From Candidatus Doudnabacteria bacterium (GTDB lineage: Bacteria > Patescibacteriota > Doudnabacteria > UBA920 > VMFF01): a DNA stretch of 64,000 nt. Numbering within the stretch: position 1 is the stretch's first letter; each line of letters starts with the position of its first letter. Location of the stretch: the NCBI GenBank assembly GCA_028286905.1, contig JAQBQP010000002.1, positions 309,458 through 373,457 on the forward strand, given 5' to 3'. Of this stretch, positions 36,357 to 45,862 are shown one piece after another. The translations under genes and the position numbers were made by a program. A model generated the notes under the pieces. It made no database searches. It had not been told where the DNA came from and was given only the letters and a program-made list of their open reading frames with translations.

Positions 36357-37535
36357 CTATAATTGGCTTACTGTTCGAAGCTGTTTTATAATAGGAATCA
36401 TGGTTTTCAGAGTAAAATCTAAATCTTGTTTAGTAGTTTGGCGCCCTAATGATATTCTAATTGCCGACTTCGCATCCGTTTCGCTTCGGCCAATTGCAGT
36501 AATGACATGTGATGCGTCCATTGATGTTGAAGTGCAAGCAGAGCCGGTAGAAATTTCAATCCCTTTGGCATCTAAATAAAGCATTAAAGCTTCGCCTTCT
36601 GCATCGAGAACAGAAAAATTTATATTATTTGCTAAGCGTTTGATAGCGTCACCATTTAAAACCAAGTTTGGAATTGTTTTAAATGCCTGTTTAATAAAAT
36701 AATCGCGCAAAACAGTTAGGCGTTTATTTTCTTTTTGAATATTTTTCTCAGCAATTTCTAAAGCTTCTGCAAACCCGATAATAGCTGGAACATTTTCAGT
36801 TCCAGAACGCAAAGAGTTTTCCTGGCCGCCACCGTAGATAATTGGTTTTAATTGCAGTCCTTGGCGAATGTAAAGCAAGCCGATTTGTTTTGGTCCGTAA
36901 ATTTTGCTGCCGTTTATTGTTAGTAAATCAACTCCAAGTTTATTAACATCTAACGGCAACGCTCCTGCCGCTTGGCAAGCGTCGGAGTGAAAAAGAATCT
37001 TCGGGTTTATTTTTTTGATTGTTTTAGAAATTTCAGCAATTGGCTGAATTGTTCCAATTTCGTTGTTTGCATACATTACCGAAACCAAAACAGTGTTTCT
37101 TCTGATGGCTTTCGCGATATCGAAGGCTTTAACCAATCCATCTTGACCAACCGGGACAATCGTTACTTCTACTCCTTCACCTTTTAAAGCCGCGAAGCTT
37201 TCTAAGACCGCGTGATGCTCTATCGCCGAACAGATAATATGCGGTTTGTTTTTATTATGCGCTAAATGATTTCGAACTACCCCAAAGATTGCTAGGTTCA
37301 CAGATTCGGTGCCGCCCGCCGTGAAAATAATTTCTGACGATTTTGCATTTAAAACTTTTGCAATTCTTGCGCGTGCTGACTCAATAGCCTTTTTTGCATT
37401 CGCTCCATCAGAATACAAACTTGATGGATTGCCAAATTCTTTAGTCCAATATGGCGCCATCGCTTTAACAACCTTGTCGTCCAAATAAGTCGTTGCGGCA
37501 TGGTCTAAATAAATACGTCTTTTAATCTTTTGCAT
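36357..37535 (-). CDS. iscS: cysteine desulfurase (IscS/NifS group I)
   Basis: YLDHAATT, GNPSS, NNEIGT, K.YGPK, RSGTEN, STGSACTS. Confidence 0.92.
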   Translation of the reverse strand: MQKIKRRIYLDHAATTYLDDKVVKAMAPYWTKEFGNPSSLYSDGANAKKAIESARARIAKVLNAKSSEIIFTAGGTESVNLAIFGVVRNHLAHNKNKPHIICSAIEHHAVLESFAALKGEGVEVTIVPVGQDGLVKAFDIAKAIRRNTVLVSVMYANNEIGTIQPIAEISKTIKKINPKILFHSDACQAAGALPLDVNKLGVDLLTINGSKIYGPKQIGLLYIRQGLQLKPIIYGGGQENSLRSGTENVPAIIGFAEALEIAEKNIQKENKRLTVLRDYFIKQAFKTIPNLVLNGDAIKRLANNINFSVLDAEGEALMLYLDAKGIEISTGSACTSTSMDASHVITAIGRSETDAKSAIRISLGRQTTKQDLDFTLKTMIPIIKQLRTVSQL

Positions 37536-37564
37536 GTATTGATTATAACAAAAGCACCAGCAAT

Positions 37565-37885
37565 TTAATACAAGCTCTTAGCCTTCACGAACCCCTGCGC
37601 CTGTGCTGCTGCTTCATCAGCAAAGCAAGTCGGATCTTTTAATTTTGCATACCAGCTATCCCCTGGCAAATGGTATGTTTTCTTAGTTTTAGAAGCCTTG
37701 CCTTTGACCGGACAAGTTGGATCGATAGGTGCTTTTTTATATTGATTATAAAGCCTTACCGGAGTATAATTGTAATTAGCAAGATCAGTTTGTCTAAGCA
37801 ATAAACTGGCTGAGAAACCAAAAACAAAACCAACAACTATCGTTGCCAATCGTAACCCGTTCAATTTATTTAAAAACTTAATCAT
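37565..37885 (-). CDS. membrane-anchored protein with Ada-like (sunset) domain
   Basis: CPVKG...YHLPG..Y...CF..E..A...GF. Confidence 0.75.
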   Translation of the reverse strand: MIKFLNKLNGLRLATIVVGFVFGFSASLLLRQTDLANYNYTPVRLYNQYKKAPIDPTCPVKGKASKTKKTYHLPGDSWYAKLKDPTCFADEAAAQAQGFVKAKSLY

Positions 37886-37909
37886 TAGCTAAGTTCCAGG
37901 TCCAAAATT

Positions 37910-39175
37910 ATGCAATATGCATTTATCCTAGGGAGGGTATATACATTATCAATTGCCGAGCTTATCGAAGTTCTGCAATCTCATGATATTACTTTTAAAA
38001 TTTTAATCGTTTCAATTGAAGTTCTTATTATTGAAACCGAAGTTCAAATCGACCACGAAAAGCTTCAAAGAGAGCTTGGTGGAATTATTAAGATTGCGAA
38101 AATCATCGATTTTATCAAAAAACGCGAACAAGATTCAATTAACTTTGCGCTTCAAAATTATTTTAAACCTAGTAAATTAAAAAAAGATTATTTCAAAGAC
38201 TACACTGGCAAAAAACAATTTGGCTTAAGCATTTACCTGCTCGACCAAACTGTTAAAGCTTTCGGCGAACCGCGCCGCTTGGGAATGTTTATTAAAAAAG
38301 GTTTGCAAGATGAGGGCGCCTCAATTCGTGCTTGTTTGCCTGAATATAATTCCCTAGCATTGGCATCCGTGGTGGTAACTAAAAATTTGTTACTACAGAA
38401 GGGTGCAGAAATTATCGTTATTGCCGGAATTGATCGGGTTTATGTTGGCAAAACCTTGATTGTCCAAGATTTTGAAGATTATGGCCGCAGAGATTATCAG
38501 CGACCTATTCGAGATGAGAAACAAGGAATGATCCCCCCAAAAGTTGCACAAATTATGATTAATTTCACTCAAGCAAAAAAAGGATCTACTTTGCTTGATC
38601 CATTCTGTGGAATTGGAACAATGGTTCAAGAAGCGGTTCTTTTGGGTTACAAAATGGATGGGTCGGACATCGCCAAATTTGCGATTAATGGCAGCGAAAA
38701 GAATCTTGAATGGTTCAAAAACCGTTACAAAATACCGGCTGGTAAATGGAAGCTGGAAGTAGCTGATGCAAGGAAGATCTCAGAGGTCTTTAAGGGCGAA
38801 AAATTCGCTGCTATCGCAACCGAAGGCAGCCTTGGACCCATTTATGGTTCCTTGCCAAAACCGGCCTTGATGGAGCAAAATTTTGCCGAATTGACAGACA
38901 TTTGGCTGGACACCTTCAAAGAATTTAAGAAAATCCTTGAAAAGGGAGCCAGGGTAGTGGTTTGCTTCCCGGCCTACAAGTTAAATGACCAAGATTACAT
39001 GTTCTTCCCCGCCGTTGACCAAATCTTAGAATTAGGTTATTCTATACATGATCATTTTCCGGAAGCAGTTAAGAAAATCGCTCCGTTTCTTAAGGTTACA
39101 GAGCGCAATTCTATGATCTACGACCGCAAAGATCAGGTCGTGGCTAGAGAAATAGTCACGTTCATTAATAATTAA
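37910..39175 (+). CDS. Trm11/TrmG10-like THUMP-methyltransferase
   Basis: GMIPPKVAQIMIN, LLDPFCGIGT, GSD. Confidence 0.75.
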   Translation: MQYAFILGRVYTLSIAELIEVLQSHDITFKILIVSIEVLIIETEVQIDHEKLQRELGGIIKIAKIIDFIKKREQDSINFALQNYFKPSKLKKDYFKDYTGKKQFGLSIYLLDQTVKAFGEPRRLGMFIKKGLQDEGASIRACLPEYNSLALASVVVTKNLLLQKGAEIIVIAGIDRVYVGKTLIVQDFEDYGRRDYQRPIRDEKQGMIPPKVAQIMINFTQAKKGSTLLDPFCGIGTMVQEAVLLGYKMDGSDIAKFAINGSEKNLEWFKNRYKIPAGKWKLEVADARKISEVFKGEKFAAIATEGSLGPIYGSLPKPALMEQNFAELTDIWLDTFKEFKKILEKGARVVVCFPAYKLNDQDYMFFPAVDQILELGYSIHDHFPEAVKKIAPFLKVTERNSMIYDRKDQVVAREIVTFINN

Positions 39176-39184
39176 CATAGCACC

Positions 39185-39466
39185 ATGGCACATAAGAAAG
39201 CCGGAGGCAGTACAGCCTTAGGCCGCGATAGCGTTTCCAAGAGACTTGGAGTAAAAATCTTCGGAGCACAGAAAGTCGAGCTCGGCAATGTAATTGTCCG
39301 ACAACACGGTAGCAAATTCAGACCTGGAAAAAACGTGCGAATGGGTGGCGATGGCACATTGTATGCAGTCGCATCTGGAGTTGTTAAGTTTAGCAACAAA
39401 AAGATCAAGCGCTTCCACGGAGGCCTTGCAAAGACCCGAATAGTGAACGTTATACCTGCGGCGTAG
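39185..39466 (+). CDS. rpmA: 50S ribosomal protein L27
   Basis: [20 protein letters not shown]. Confidence 0.97.
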   Translation: MAHKKAGGSTALGRDSVSKRLGVKIFGAQKVELGNVIVRQHGSKFRPGKNVRMGGDGTLYAVASGVVKFSNKKIKRFHGGLAKTRIVNVIPAA

Positions 39467-39481
39467 TAGTACTACTTCCCT

Positions 39482-39506
39482 AAACCCCTCCCTTTGGAGG
39501 GGTTTT
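39482..39506 (+). terminator. intrinsic terminator
   Basis: AAACCCCTCC-CTTT-GGAGGGGTTTT. Confidence 0.85.
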
Positions 39507-39524
39507 AAATTTCTGAACTTAAGC

Positions 39525-39553
39525 TTGCTAAAACATAAAAAATATGGTAGACT
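39525..39553 (+). promoter_or_regulatory. sigma70 promoter
   Basis: TTGCTA-17-TAGACT with extended TG. Confidence 0.6.
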
Positions 39554-39610
39554 GTGAAAATAGTTTGGAACGCTCTGTTCCGACTACAAACTCTTTACAA
39601 AGGTGTACGC

Positions 39611-40156
39611 ATGAACGCTTGGGAAAAAGAAATGTACCCGCACGCCCACACCAACCCTCGTGAGAAGCGCCTAATGGAGCATGACCATATGGCGCGTGGG
39701 TTTCTTCTGTTGTGGGTATGCTTAGCCTTCGGGCTTTGTGCCTATCAACAGCAAAACAGCCCGTACCCCCAACTCTCCGGAGTTGGTGTAGTTATCGCGA
39801 TTGCTTGTTCGCTCTGGGCAGTAAGGTTGTTTCGTTCTGCGTATGTGCTCAGCAAGCATCGGGCGACGATCCTCAGGGAACATCAAGTGTCCGACATCCG
39901 TTTGGTGCATTCCCCGGATGCGAGCTGGAAGATCAACCAGCTCATGACAGAGATAACCTTGAAAAGCCTTCAGTACGACGCGATCTGCAACGATCTACAG
40001 GGCAAAGCGGATCCGAAAAGCGACGTTGATCGTGCCCTGGCCAAACAGGCAATGCAGGATGCCTATCGTCAGCATCACGACTACGTTCAAGCTCTAAAGG
40101 CTTTCCGTTACCTCGTCGCGGGACCCGTCAAGACATCCAAGGGCCGCAAATTCTGA
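39611..40156 (+). CDS. GC-rich two-TM hypothetical protein
   Basis: AAAGGT SD before ATG 39611; two TMs plus helical tail. Confidence 0.7.
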   Translation: MNAWEKEMYPHAHTNPREKRLMEHDHMARGFLLLWVCLAFGLCAYQQQNSPYPQLSGVGVVIAIACSLWAVRLFRSAYVLSKHRATILREHQVSDIRLVHSPDASWKINQLMTEITLKSLQYDAICNDLQGKADPKSDVDRALAKQAMQDAYRQHHDYVQALKAFRYLVAGPVKTSKGRKF

Positions 40157-40171
40157 CCATGGGAGTATGCC

Positions 40172-40414
40172 ATGCAATTCAGCGCAGATATCGAGATTGT
40201 CCGGAGGAACTGCGGCCGTGAACCGATCGAAAGCAATCGGGAACAAATTTCCGCAGCTCTGCGTCGGATGCGATTGTATCTGACCGGAATGCCGGAAATC
40301 GAGAAAAGCTCGGTGCGAGTCACTGATGCAATCGGAGTGCACGAGCAATTGTCGACAATCGCGGAAAACGCTCAGGCGACCATTCAGGCCGCCGAGCGTC
40401 TAGGCTACCATTAG
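40172..40414 (+). CDS. GC-rich small hypothetical protein
   Basis: GGGAG SD; co-oriented with 39611 gene. Confidence 0.6.
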   Translation: MQFSADIEIVRRNCGREPIESNREQISAALRRMRLYLTGMPEIEKSSVRVTDAIGVHEQLSTIAENAQATIQAAERLGYH

Positions 40415-40453
40415 CCTACAACCTACAGGAGGTTGTATAACTCCATAGAAAAC

Positions 40454-40497
40454 AGAAAAGAGCCCCAACGATAAAACGTTCGGGCTCTTTCTATTTT
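40454..40497. terminator. bidirectional terminator
   Basis: AAAAGAGCCC...GGGCTCTTT hairpin between convergent genes. Confidence 0.75.
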
Positions 40498-40514
40498 ATA
40501 TCTAAGATTCTTAA

Positions 40515-42203
40515 CTATTTTTTAACTTTTATCTTTGGCTTTTTAATTGCCGCTTTTACAAAACCATCAAACATTGGATGCGGGCGCATCGGTCTAGATT
40601 TATATTCAGGGTGAAATTGGCTGCCCATGAAAAATCTTTTTGTAGGAATTTCAATTATTTCAGCAAGTTTGCCATCTGGAGAAGTTCCTGAAAAAATTAA
40701 ACCTTCTTTTTCTAGTTGCTCGCGGTATTTGTTGTTAATCTCATAACGATGTCGATGTCTTTCAGATATTTTTCGTACTCCATATAAAGCCTCAGCCTTA
40801 CTGCCTTTTTTTAGTATGCAATCCCAAGCGCCTAAACGCATTGAACCGCCGTAGTCTTTTACTAAAAGCTTTTTTTCTTGGTCTGGCATAATATGCACAA
40901 TGTCATGTTTAGTAACTGTGTCCACTTCAGTACTATTTGCATTTCTTAGTTTTGCAACGTTTCGGGCGAATTCAATAGTTGCCATTTGCATGCCATAACA
41001 CAAGCCTAAAAATGGAACATCTTTTTCTCTCGCAAAACGAATTGTTTCAATCATTCCCTCAGTTCCCCTGCTGCCGAAGCCTCCAGGCACAACAATTCCT
41101 TCAAAGCCTGTTAAAACATTTTTTGCACCATCTTTTTCAACTCGAACCGCGTCGATCCAAGTGAGTTTTACTTGAGTTTTGTTAGCCCAAGCAGCATGCT
41201 TTAAAGATTCAATTACAGAAACGTAAGAATCAGCTAGTTCAAACTTGCCAGTACCAAAATATTTTCCAACTACAGCAATACTTAGTTCTTTTTTTGTAGA
41301 ACGGATTTGACGTACAAAGTTTCGCCAAGATTGCATATCCCTTTTGCGAGGCGCTATTTTTAGCTTTGCCAATATAATATCGCCGGCGTTTTGCTCTTCT
41401 AAAATCACGGGTACTTCATAGATTGATTTAACGTCCGGATTTGATAAAACTGATTTCTTATCAACATTACAAAACAAAGCAATGCGTTCTTTACGCTTAT
41501 CATCCATTGGTGTTTCGGAACGACCCACAATGATATCTGGTTCAATTCCCATTGAATTTAGCGTCCGAACCGATTGTTGAACCGGCTTGGACTTCATTTC
41601 ACCTAAGTATGATGGCGTTGGTAAATAAGCAACATGAATATGAATCATATCATCAGGGTTTCGAAGAGTCATGATACGGGTTGCCTCAAAGAAAATACCA
41701 TTTTGATACTCCCCAACTGTACCACCTAATTCGATAATAACAACGTCTGCACCTTTTCCGGCTTGGTAAAAACGCCGAATTATTTCATCAGTAACATGTG
41801 GGATTGCTTCAACGTCTTCGCCCCCGTATTCAAAAGCACGTTCTTTGCGTAAAACTTCCGCGTAAATTTGGCCGGTAGTTATATAGTTGCTGCGATAAAT
41901 AGGTTGATCAATAAATCTTTCGTAGGTGCCTAAATCTTGATCTGTTTCAATTCCATCGTCGGTAACAAAAACTTCGCCGTGCTCTTGGGGTCGGATTGTA
42001 CCCGCGTCTTGATTTAGATACATGTCTACTTTAATTGGCGAAACAGAAATGCCGCGTGATTTTAATATTGTAGAGATAGAAGCTGATGTGACACCCTTTC
42101 CAATACCGGAGATAACTCCGCCGGAGATAAAGATAAATTTTAAATTCTTTTTTTCTTTTTTAATTGTAGGGGTCGCTCTTTTTTGAATCTTCTTTTTTGC
42201 CAT
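40515..42203 (-). CDS. pyrG: CTP synthase
   Basis: GGVISGIGKG, HGEVFVT.DG.ETDQDLG, GLCYGMQ, QFHPE. Confidence 0.97.
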   Translation of the reverse strand: MAKKKIQKRATPTIKKEKKNLKFIFISGGVISGIGKGVTSASISTILKSRGISVSPIKVDMYLNQDAGTIRPQEHGEVFVTDDGIETDQDLGTYERFIDQPIYRSNYITTGQIYAEVLRKERAFEYGGEDVEAIPHVTDEIIRRFYQAGKGADVVIIELGGTVGEYQNGIFFEATRIMTLRNPDDMIHIHVAYLPTPSYLGEMKSKPVQQSVRTLNSMGIEPDIIVGRSETPMDDKRKERIALFCNVDKKSVLSNPDVKSIYEVPVILEEQNAGDIILAKLKIAPRKRDMQSWRNFVRQIRSTKKELSIAVVGKYFGTGKFELADSYVSVIESLKHAAWANKTQVKLTWIDAVRVEKDGAKNVLTGFEGIVVPGGFGSRGTEGMIETIRFAREKDVPFLGLCYGMQMATIEFARNVAKLRNANSTEVDTVTKHDIVHIMPDQEKKLLVKDYGGSMRLGAWDCILKKGSKAEALYGVRKISERHRHRYEINNKYREQLEKEGLIFSGTSPDGKLAEIIEIPTKRFFMGSQFHPEYKSRPMRPHPMFDGFVKAAIKKPKIKVKK

Positions 42204-42207
42204 GTGA

Positions 42208-42657
42208 TTAAAGTTTGTCTACTAGTTTAATTTTTGGAGTTGCGGTTAGTCCGTTGCCTAGTTTAATTTCTATTGTGTATTCGCCCAGCTGCTTTAAGTG
42301 CTTCGGCATTACTAGTTGGCTTTTCTGAATCTCTAGCTTGGTCTTTTCTTTAATTTTATTTAAGATTTCCTTTTCACTTACGGATCCGAAGATTTGACCT
42401 TTGTCGCCTACTCGGACCAAAATTGTGAATGTTCTTTTATCCATGTCACTTTTTATTTTGGAATTATATTCTTGTTCTTTTTTCTTTTTTGCTTCGTGTT
42501 GGTTTTGTTCATTTCTGATCTTGCTGAGCATTTGCTCATTGGCAACCACAGCATATCCTTTTGAAACTAGAAAGTTTCTGGCATAGCCATCATTGAATTC
42601 TTTTACCTCGCCTTTACGGCCGGTTCCGGGAAAATCTTTTATAAATACAACTTGCAT
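42208..42657 (-). CDS. rplI: 50S ribosomal protein L9
   Basis: GYARNFL, G..FGSV. Confidence 0.95.
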   Translation of the reverse strand: MQVVFIKDFPGTGRKGEVKEFNDGYARNFLVSKGYAVVANEQMLSKIRNEQNQHEAKKKKEQEYNSKIKSDMDKRTFTILVRVGDKGQIFGSVSEKEILNKIKEKTKLEIQKSQLVMPKHLKQLGEYTIEIKLGNGLTATPKIKLVDKL

Positions 42658-42678
42658 AAAAGGTAATTAATTAAAAAA

Positions 42679-42704
42679 CAAACCCCTCGTTCGACGAGAG
42701 GTTT
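42679..42704 (-). terminator. intrinsic terminator after ftsX
   Basis: hairpin with T-tract on the minus strand. Confidence 0.55.
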
Positions 42705-42733
42705 ATGGCTCTTTTCTATTATACACGATAATT

Positions 42734-43645
42734 TTAGACCCGCAAATACCTGCGAATCGCAATGGTGCTGGAGATAATCCCTAACAATAAAGCGATGCCT
42801 AGCTGCAATAGAAATATATGGCTTAGGCTGAATGCTGAAGTTTGATCGTTAAGCATAGTTCCAAGGTACAAATTCAGGCGCGGTAGTAAATAATTCAGGA
42901 TTGGAATAGTCATTAAAATAGTAATTATACTCGCTGCTATGCCATAAAGAATGCTTTCAACGATAAATGGCCAGCGAATATACCAGTTTGTTGCTCCAAC
43001 TAACTTCATAATTTCAACTTCTTCGCGACGGTTGTAAATAGTTAAGCGAATGGTATTAAAGATAACTAAAACGGCAATGAACGAGAAAATTATCGCCATG
43101 CCAACACCTAATTTTTTAACAGTATTTAAGACTCTTGAAAGTCGTTCAATAACCGTACGATTATCTTCAAAGTTCACTTTTTGAACATATGTTTGATAGT
43201 CTGGCTTGGCCAACTCGGTAGCGATTGCTGGATATTGATCCAAGCTTTTAGCTTTAATCTGTAAAGTTGCCGGCAAAGGGTTATCAGGTAGTTGCGCCAA
43301 TGACTCTTCAATTAGGGCGTTGCCAGCATGCTTTGCTCTAAAGTCGCTTAGCGCTTTATCTGCAGAAATGTAATTTATAGAAGCAACTTCAGGCATTGCT
43401 TCAAGATGGCTTTTTATGTTTAAAATTTGTGGTTCAGCAACCTTCCCCTTGAAATAGACGCTGATATCAACTCGCTCTTGAATGTTTTTTACTGCAACGT
43501 TCGTAACATTAAAAGTAATTAAGGTTAAGGTTAAAATTGAAAGTGTTATAACCATAACCAAAGTTGCTGCTGCAGAAAGCCAGAAGTTTCTCCAAAAATT
43601 TATCCAACCACTTTTTATTGCGCGATATAAGGCTAAAGATCCCAT
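42734..43645 (-). CDS. ftsX: cell division permease FtsX
   Basis: NPLPA, NTIRLTI..RREE.EIMKLVGA. Confidence 0.93.
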   Translation of the reverse strand: MGSLALYRAIKSGWINFWRNFWLSAAATLVMVITLSILTLTLITFNVTNVAVKNIQERVDISVYFKGKVAEPQILNIKSHLEAMPEVASINYISADKALSDFRAKHAGNALIEESLAQLPDNPLPATLQIKAKSLDQYPAIATELAKPDYQTYVQKVNFEDNRTVIERLSRVLNTVKKLGVGMAIIFSFIAVLVIFNTIRLTIYNRREEVEIMKLVGATNWYIRWPFIVESILYGIAASIITILMTIPILNYLLPRLNLYLGTMLNDQTSAFSLSHIFLLQLGIALLLGIISSTIAIRRYLRV

Positions 43646-43648
43646 ATT

Positions 43649-44326
43649 TTATAATTTATAATGTCCCTTGGCTTGATCATAAGCAACTCTGCCAGTTTCC
43701 ATTGTAACTACTCTCTTTTGGATTTTGTTTACAAGGTCTCGAGCATGCGTCGCTAAAATAACAGTTGTGCCAAGATTATTAATTTTATGTAGTAAATCTA
43801 AAATTTCGTAACTATTAATTTCATCAAGGTTTCCGGTTGGCTCGTCTGCAATAAGCAAGACTGGTTTGTGCGCTAAAGCTCTTGCAATTGCAACACGCTG
43901 CTTTTCTCCACCGGACATTTCTGCCGGGAAGTTCATAATTTTGTCTTTCAAACCAACAATTTCTAAAATACGCGGTACGTCTCGTTCAATTTTTTCACGC
44001 GCGTAACCAGCGACTTCCATTGCAAACCCAACGTTTTCAAACGCAGTTTTTTTAGGCAAAAGTTTTATATCTTGAAAAACTACTCCGATTTTTCTACGTA
44101 AATAAGGAATTTCTGTTTCAGACAGGCTTGCAATATCCACTTCATCGATTAGAATTCGACCTGAATCCAGTTTTTCTTCAGCAAAAATTAACTTCAGCAA
44201 GGTGGACTTGCCTGCTCCGGATTGACCAACAAGCGAAACAAATTCGCCATGGTTAATCTCTAAATTAATATCTTCTAAAGCTTTTTTGTCTTTGTAAAGT
44301 TTTGTTACGTTCTCGAATCGAATCAT
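43649..44326 (-). CDS. ftsE: cell division ATPase FtsE
   Basis: [29 protein letters not shown]. Confidence 0.93.
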   Translation of the reverse strand: MIRFENVTKLYKDKKALEDINLEINHGEFVSLVGQSGAGKSTLLKLIFAEEKLDSGRILIDEVDIASLSETEIPYLRRKIGVVFQDIKLLPKKTAFENVGFAMEVAGYAREKIERDVPRILEIVGLKDKIMNFPAEMSGGEKQRVAIARALAHKPVLLIADEPTGNLDEINSYEILDLLHKINNLGTTVILATHARDLVNKIQKRVVTMETGRVAYDQAKGHYKL

Positions 44327-44344
44327 AAATATATTATACCACAG

Positions 44345-45443
44345 TTAGATCGTAGACTCTAAATATTTTTCAATAAAATCATCCAAATTCCCATTTAAAA
44401 TTTTGTTTGGATCGGCAGATTCATAGTCAGTTCGATGATCTTTGACCAATTTATATGGGTGTAATACATAGCTGCGGATTTGATTGCCCCACTCTGGGCT
44501 GTGGAATTCTCCGCGCAATTCTTTTTTTTCTTTCTGTTTTTTCTCTTCTTCTACAACTAAAAGCCTGGCGTGTAAGATTTTCATGGCTTTTTCTCTGTTT
44601 TGTGACTGACTGCGTTCATTTTGGATCGAAACTTTAATCCCAGTGGGGATGTGGGTAAGTCGAACTGCGGAATATGTTGTGTTAACGCTTTGTCCACCGT
44701 GTCCAGAAGCGGTAGACACTTCCATTTTCAAATCTTTTGGATCAATTTTAAATTCTTCCTCTTGGTGCAACAGCGGCAAAACTTCTACAAGTGCAAAAGA
44801 TGTTTCTCTGGTATGTGCCGGGTTAAATTCTGACAATCTTACTAAACGATGCACTCCCGCTTCGCTTTTTAGATATCCGAAAGCATTGTGGCCGAATATT
44901 TCTATAACAACGCTTTTAACCCCGGCTTCTGAGCCTTTTGATAGTTCTAAAATTTCTGTTTTAAAATCTTTTTGTTCCGCAAAACGTAAGTACATTCGCA
45001 AAAGCATATCCGTCCAGTCTTGAGCATCAGCACCGCCTGCACCAGCATGAATTGACATAATTACATTGTGATCGTCATATTTCTTCGAAAAAAAAGCTTC
45101 TATGCGAGCGTGTCCGTATTTTTCTAGTAGCTCTTGGTAAGTTTTTTCTAGGTAAACTTTATCTTCGGCAGTAATAGTACCGCTTTTAAATTGTTCGCTC
45201 GCAAGCACAAAAAGATCTTCGGTTTCTTTATGCAAAGACTTCCAAAAATCAAAGGTTTGTTTTAAGTTATTGTACTGTTCTGATTTTTCACGCGCTTCAC
45301 TTTGGTTATTCCAAAACCCTTCAATCTGCATCTCTTTTTCAAATTGTTTTATTTTTGTTTCTTTTGAATCCAGCTCAAAGTCGCTCCTCGAGATTTGTAA
45401 TCTCTGCAAGCAAATTTTGAATGTTTTTTAGTAATTCGTGCAT
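44345..45443 (-). CDS. prfB: peptide chain release factor 2 with programmed +1 frameshift
   Basis: ATG 45443, 22 codons to CTT-TGA-G (45380-45374) preceded by GAGGAG; +1 frame carries GGQ and WGNQIRSY. Confidence 0.95.
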
Positions 45444-45444
45444 G

Positions 45445-45861
45445 TTATTTGCCTTTTTGATCTTGTTCTTTAGCGGTCAAGAGTAGTTGGCTTAAATAGT
45501 CGTCTAACCCAGGCAAAGCGATAATGTCTTCTACGCTTGCCCACATAAAATCATCATGTTCTGCATCAAGCACCGGTTCGCCCTCGATCGGCGCCATATA
45601 AGTTAACCTTACCACATGTTTATCAGGCTTAATAATGTCTTGGGCTGCTAATAACATTGGATGATGCTTCAATTCCAATTTAGTTTCTTCAAAAATTTCT
45701 CGCTTTAGATTATCAACCACGTTTGTACCTGGTTCGATTCTACCGCCAACAATGTCCCAAAGATTTTTAACTTCTGGGTATTTTTCTTTAGAACGGTGCA
45801 CAATTAAAAACTTACCCTCTTGATTTCGTAATAATGCTTTAACTCCAACCTGAAGCACCAT
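45445..45861 (-). CDS. NUDIX hydrolase
   Basis: GGRIEPG......KREIFEET; ATG 45861 follows the thyX stop. Confidence 0.88.
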   Translation of the reverse strand: MVLQVGVKALLRNQEGKFLIVHRSKEKYPEVKNLWDIVGGRIEPGTNVVDNLKREIFEETKLELKHHPMLLAAQDIIKPDKHVVRLTYMAPIEGEPVLDAEHDDFMWASVEDIIALPGLDDYLSQLLLTAKEQDQKGK

Positions 45862-45862
45862 A

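Noticed and set aside
44345-45409. ORF-track TTG start for prfB
   Set aside because: artefact of the +1 frameshift; the real start is ATG 45443
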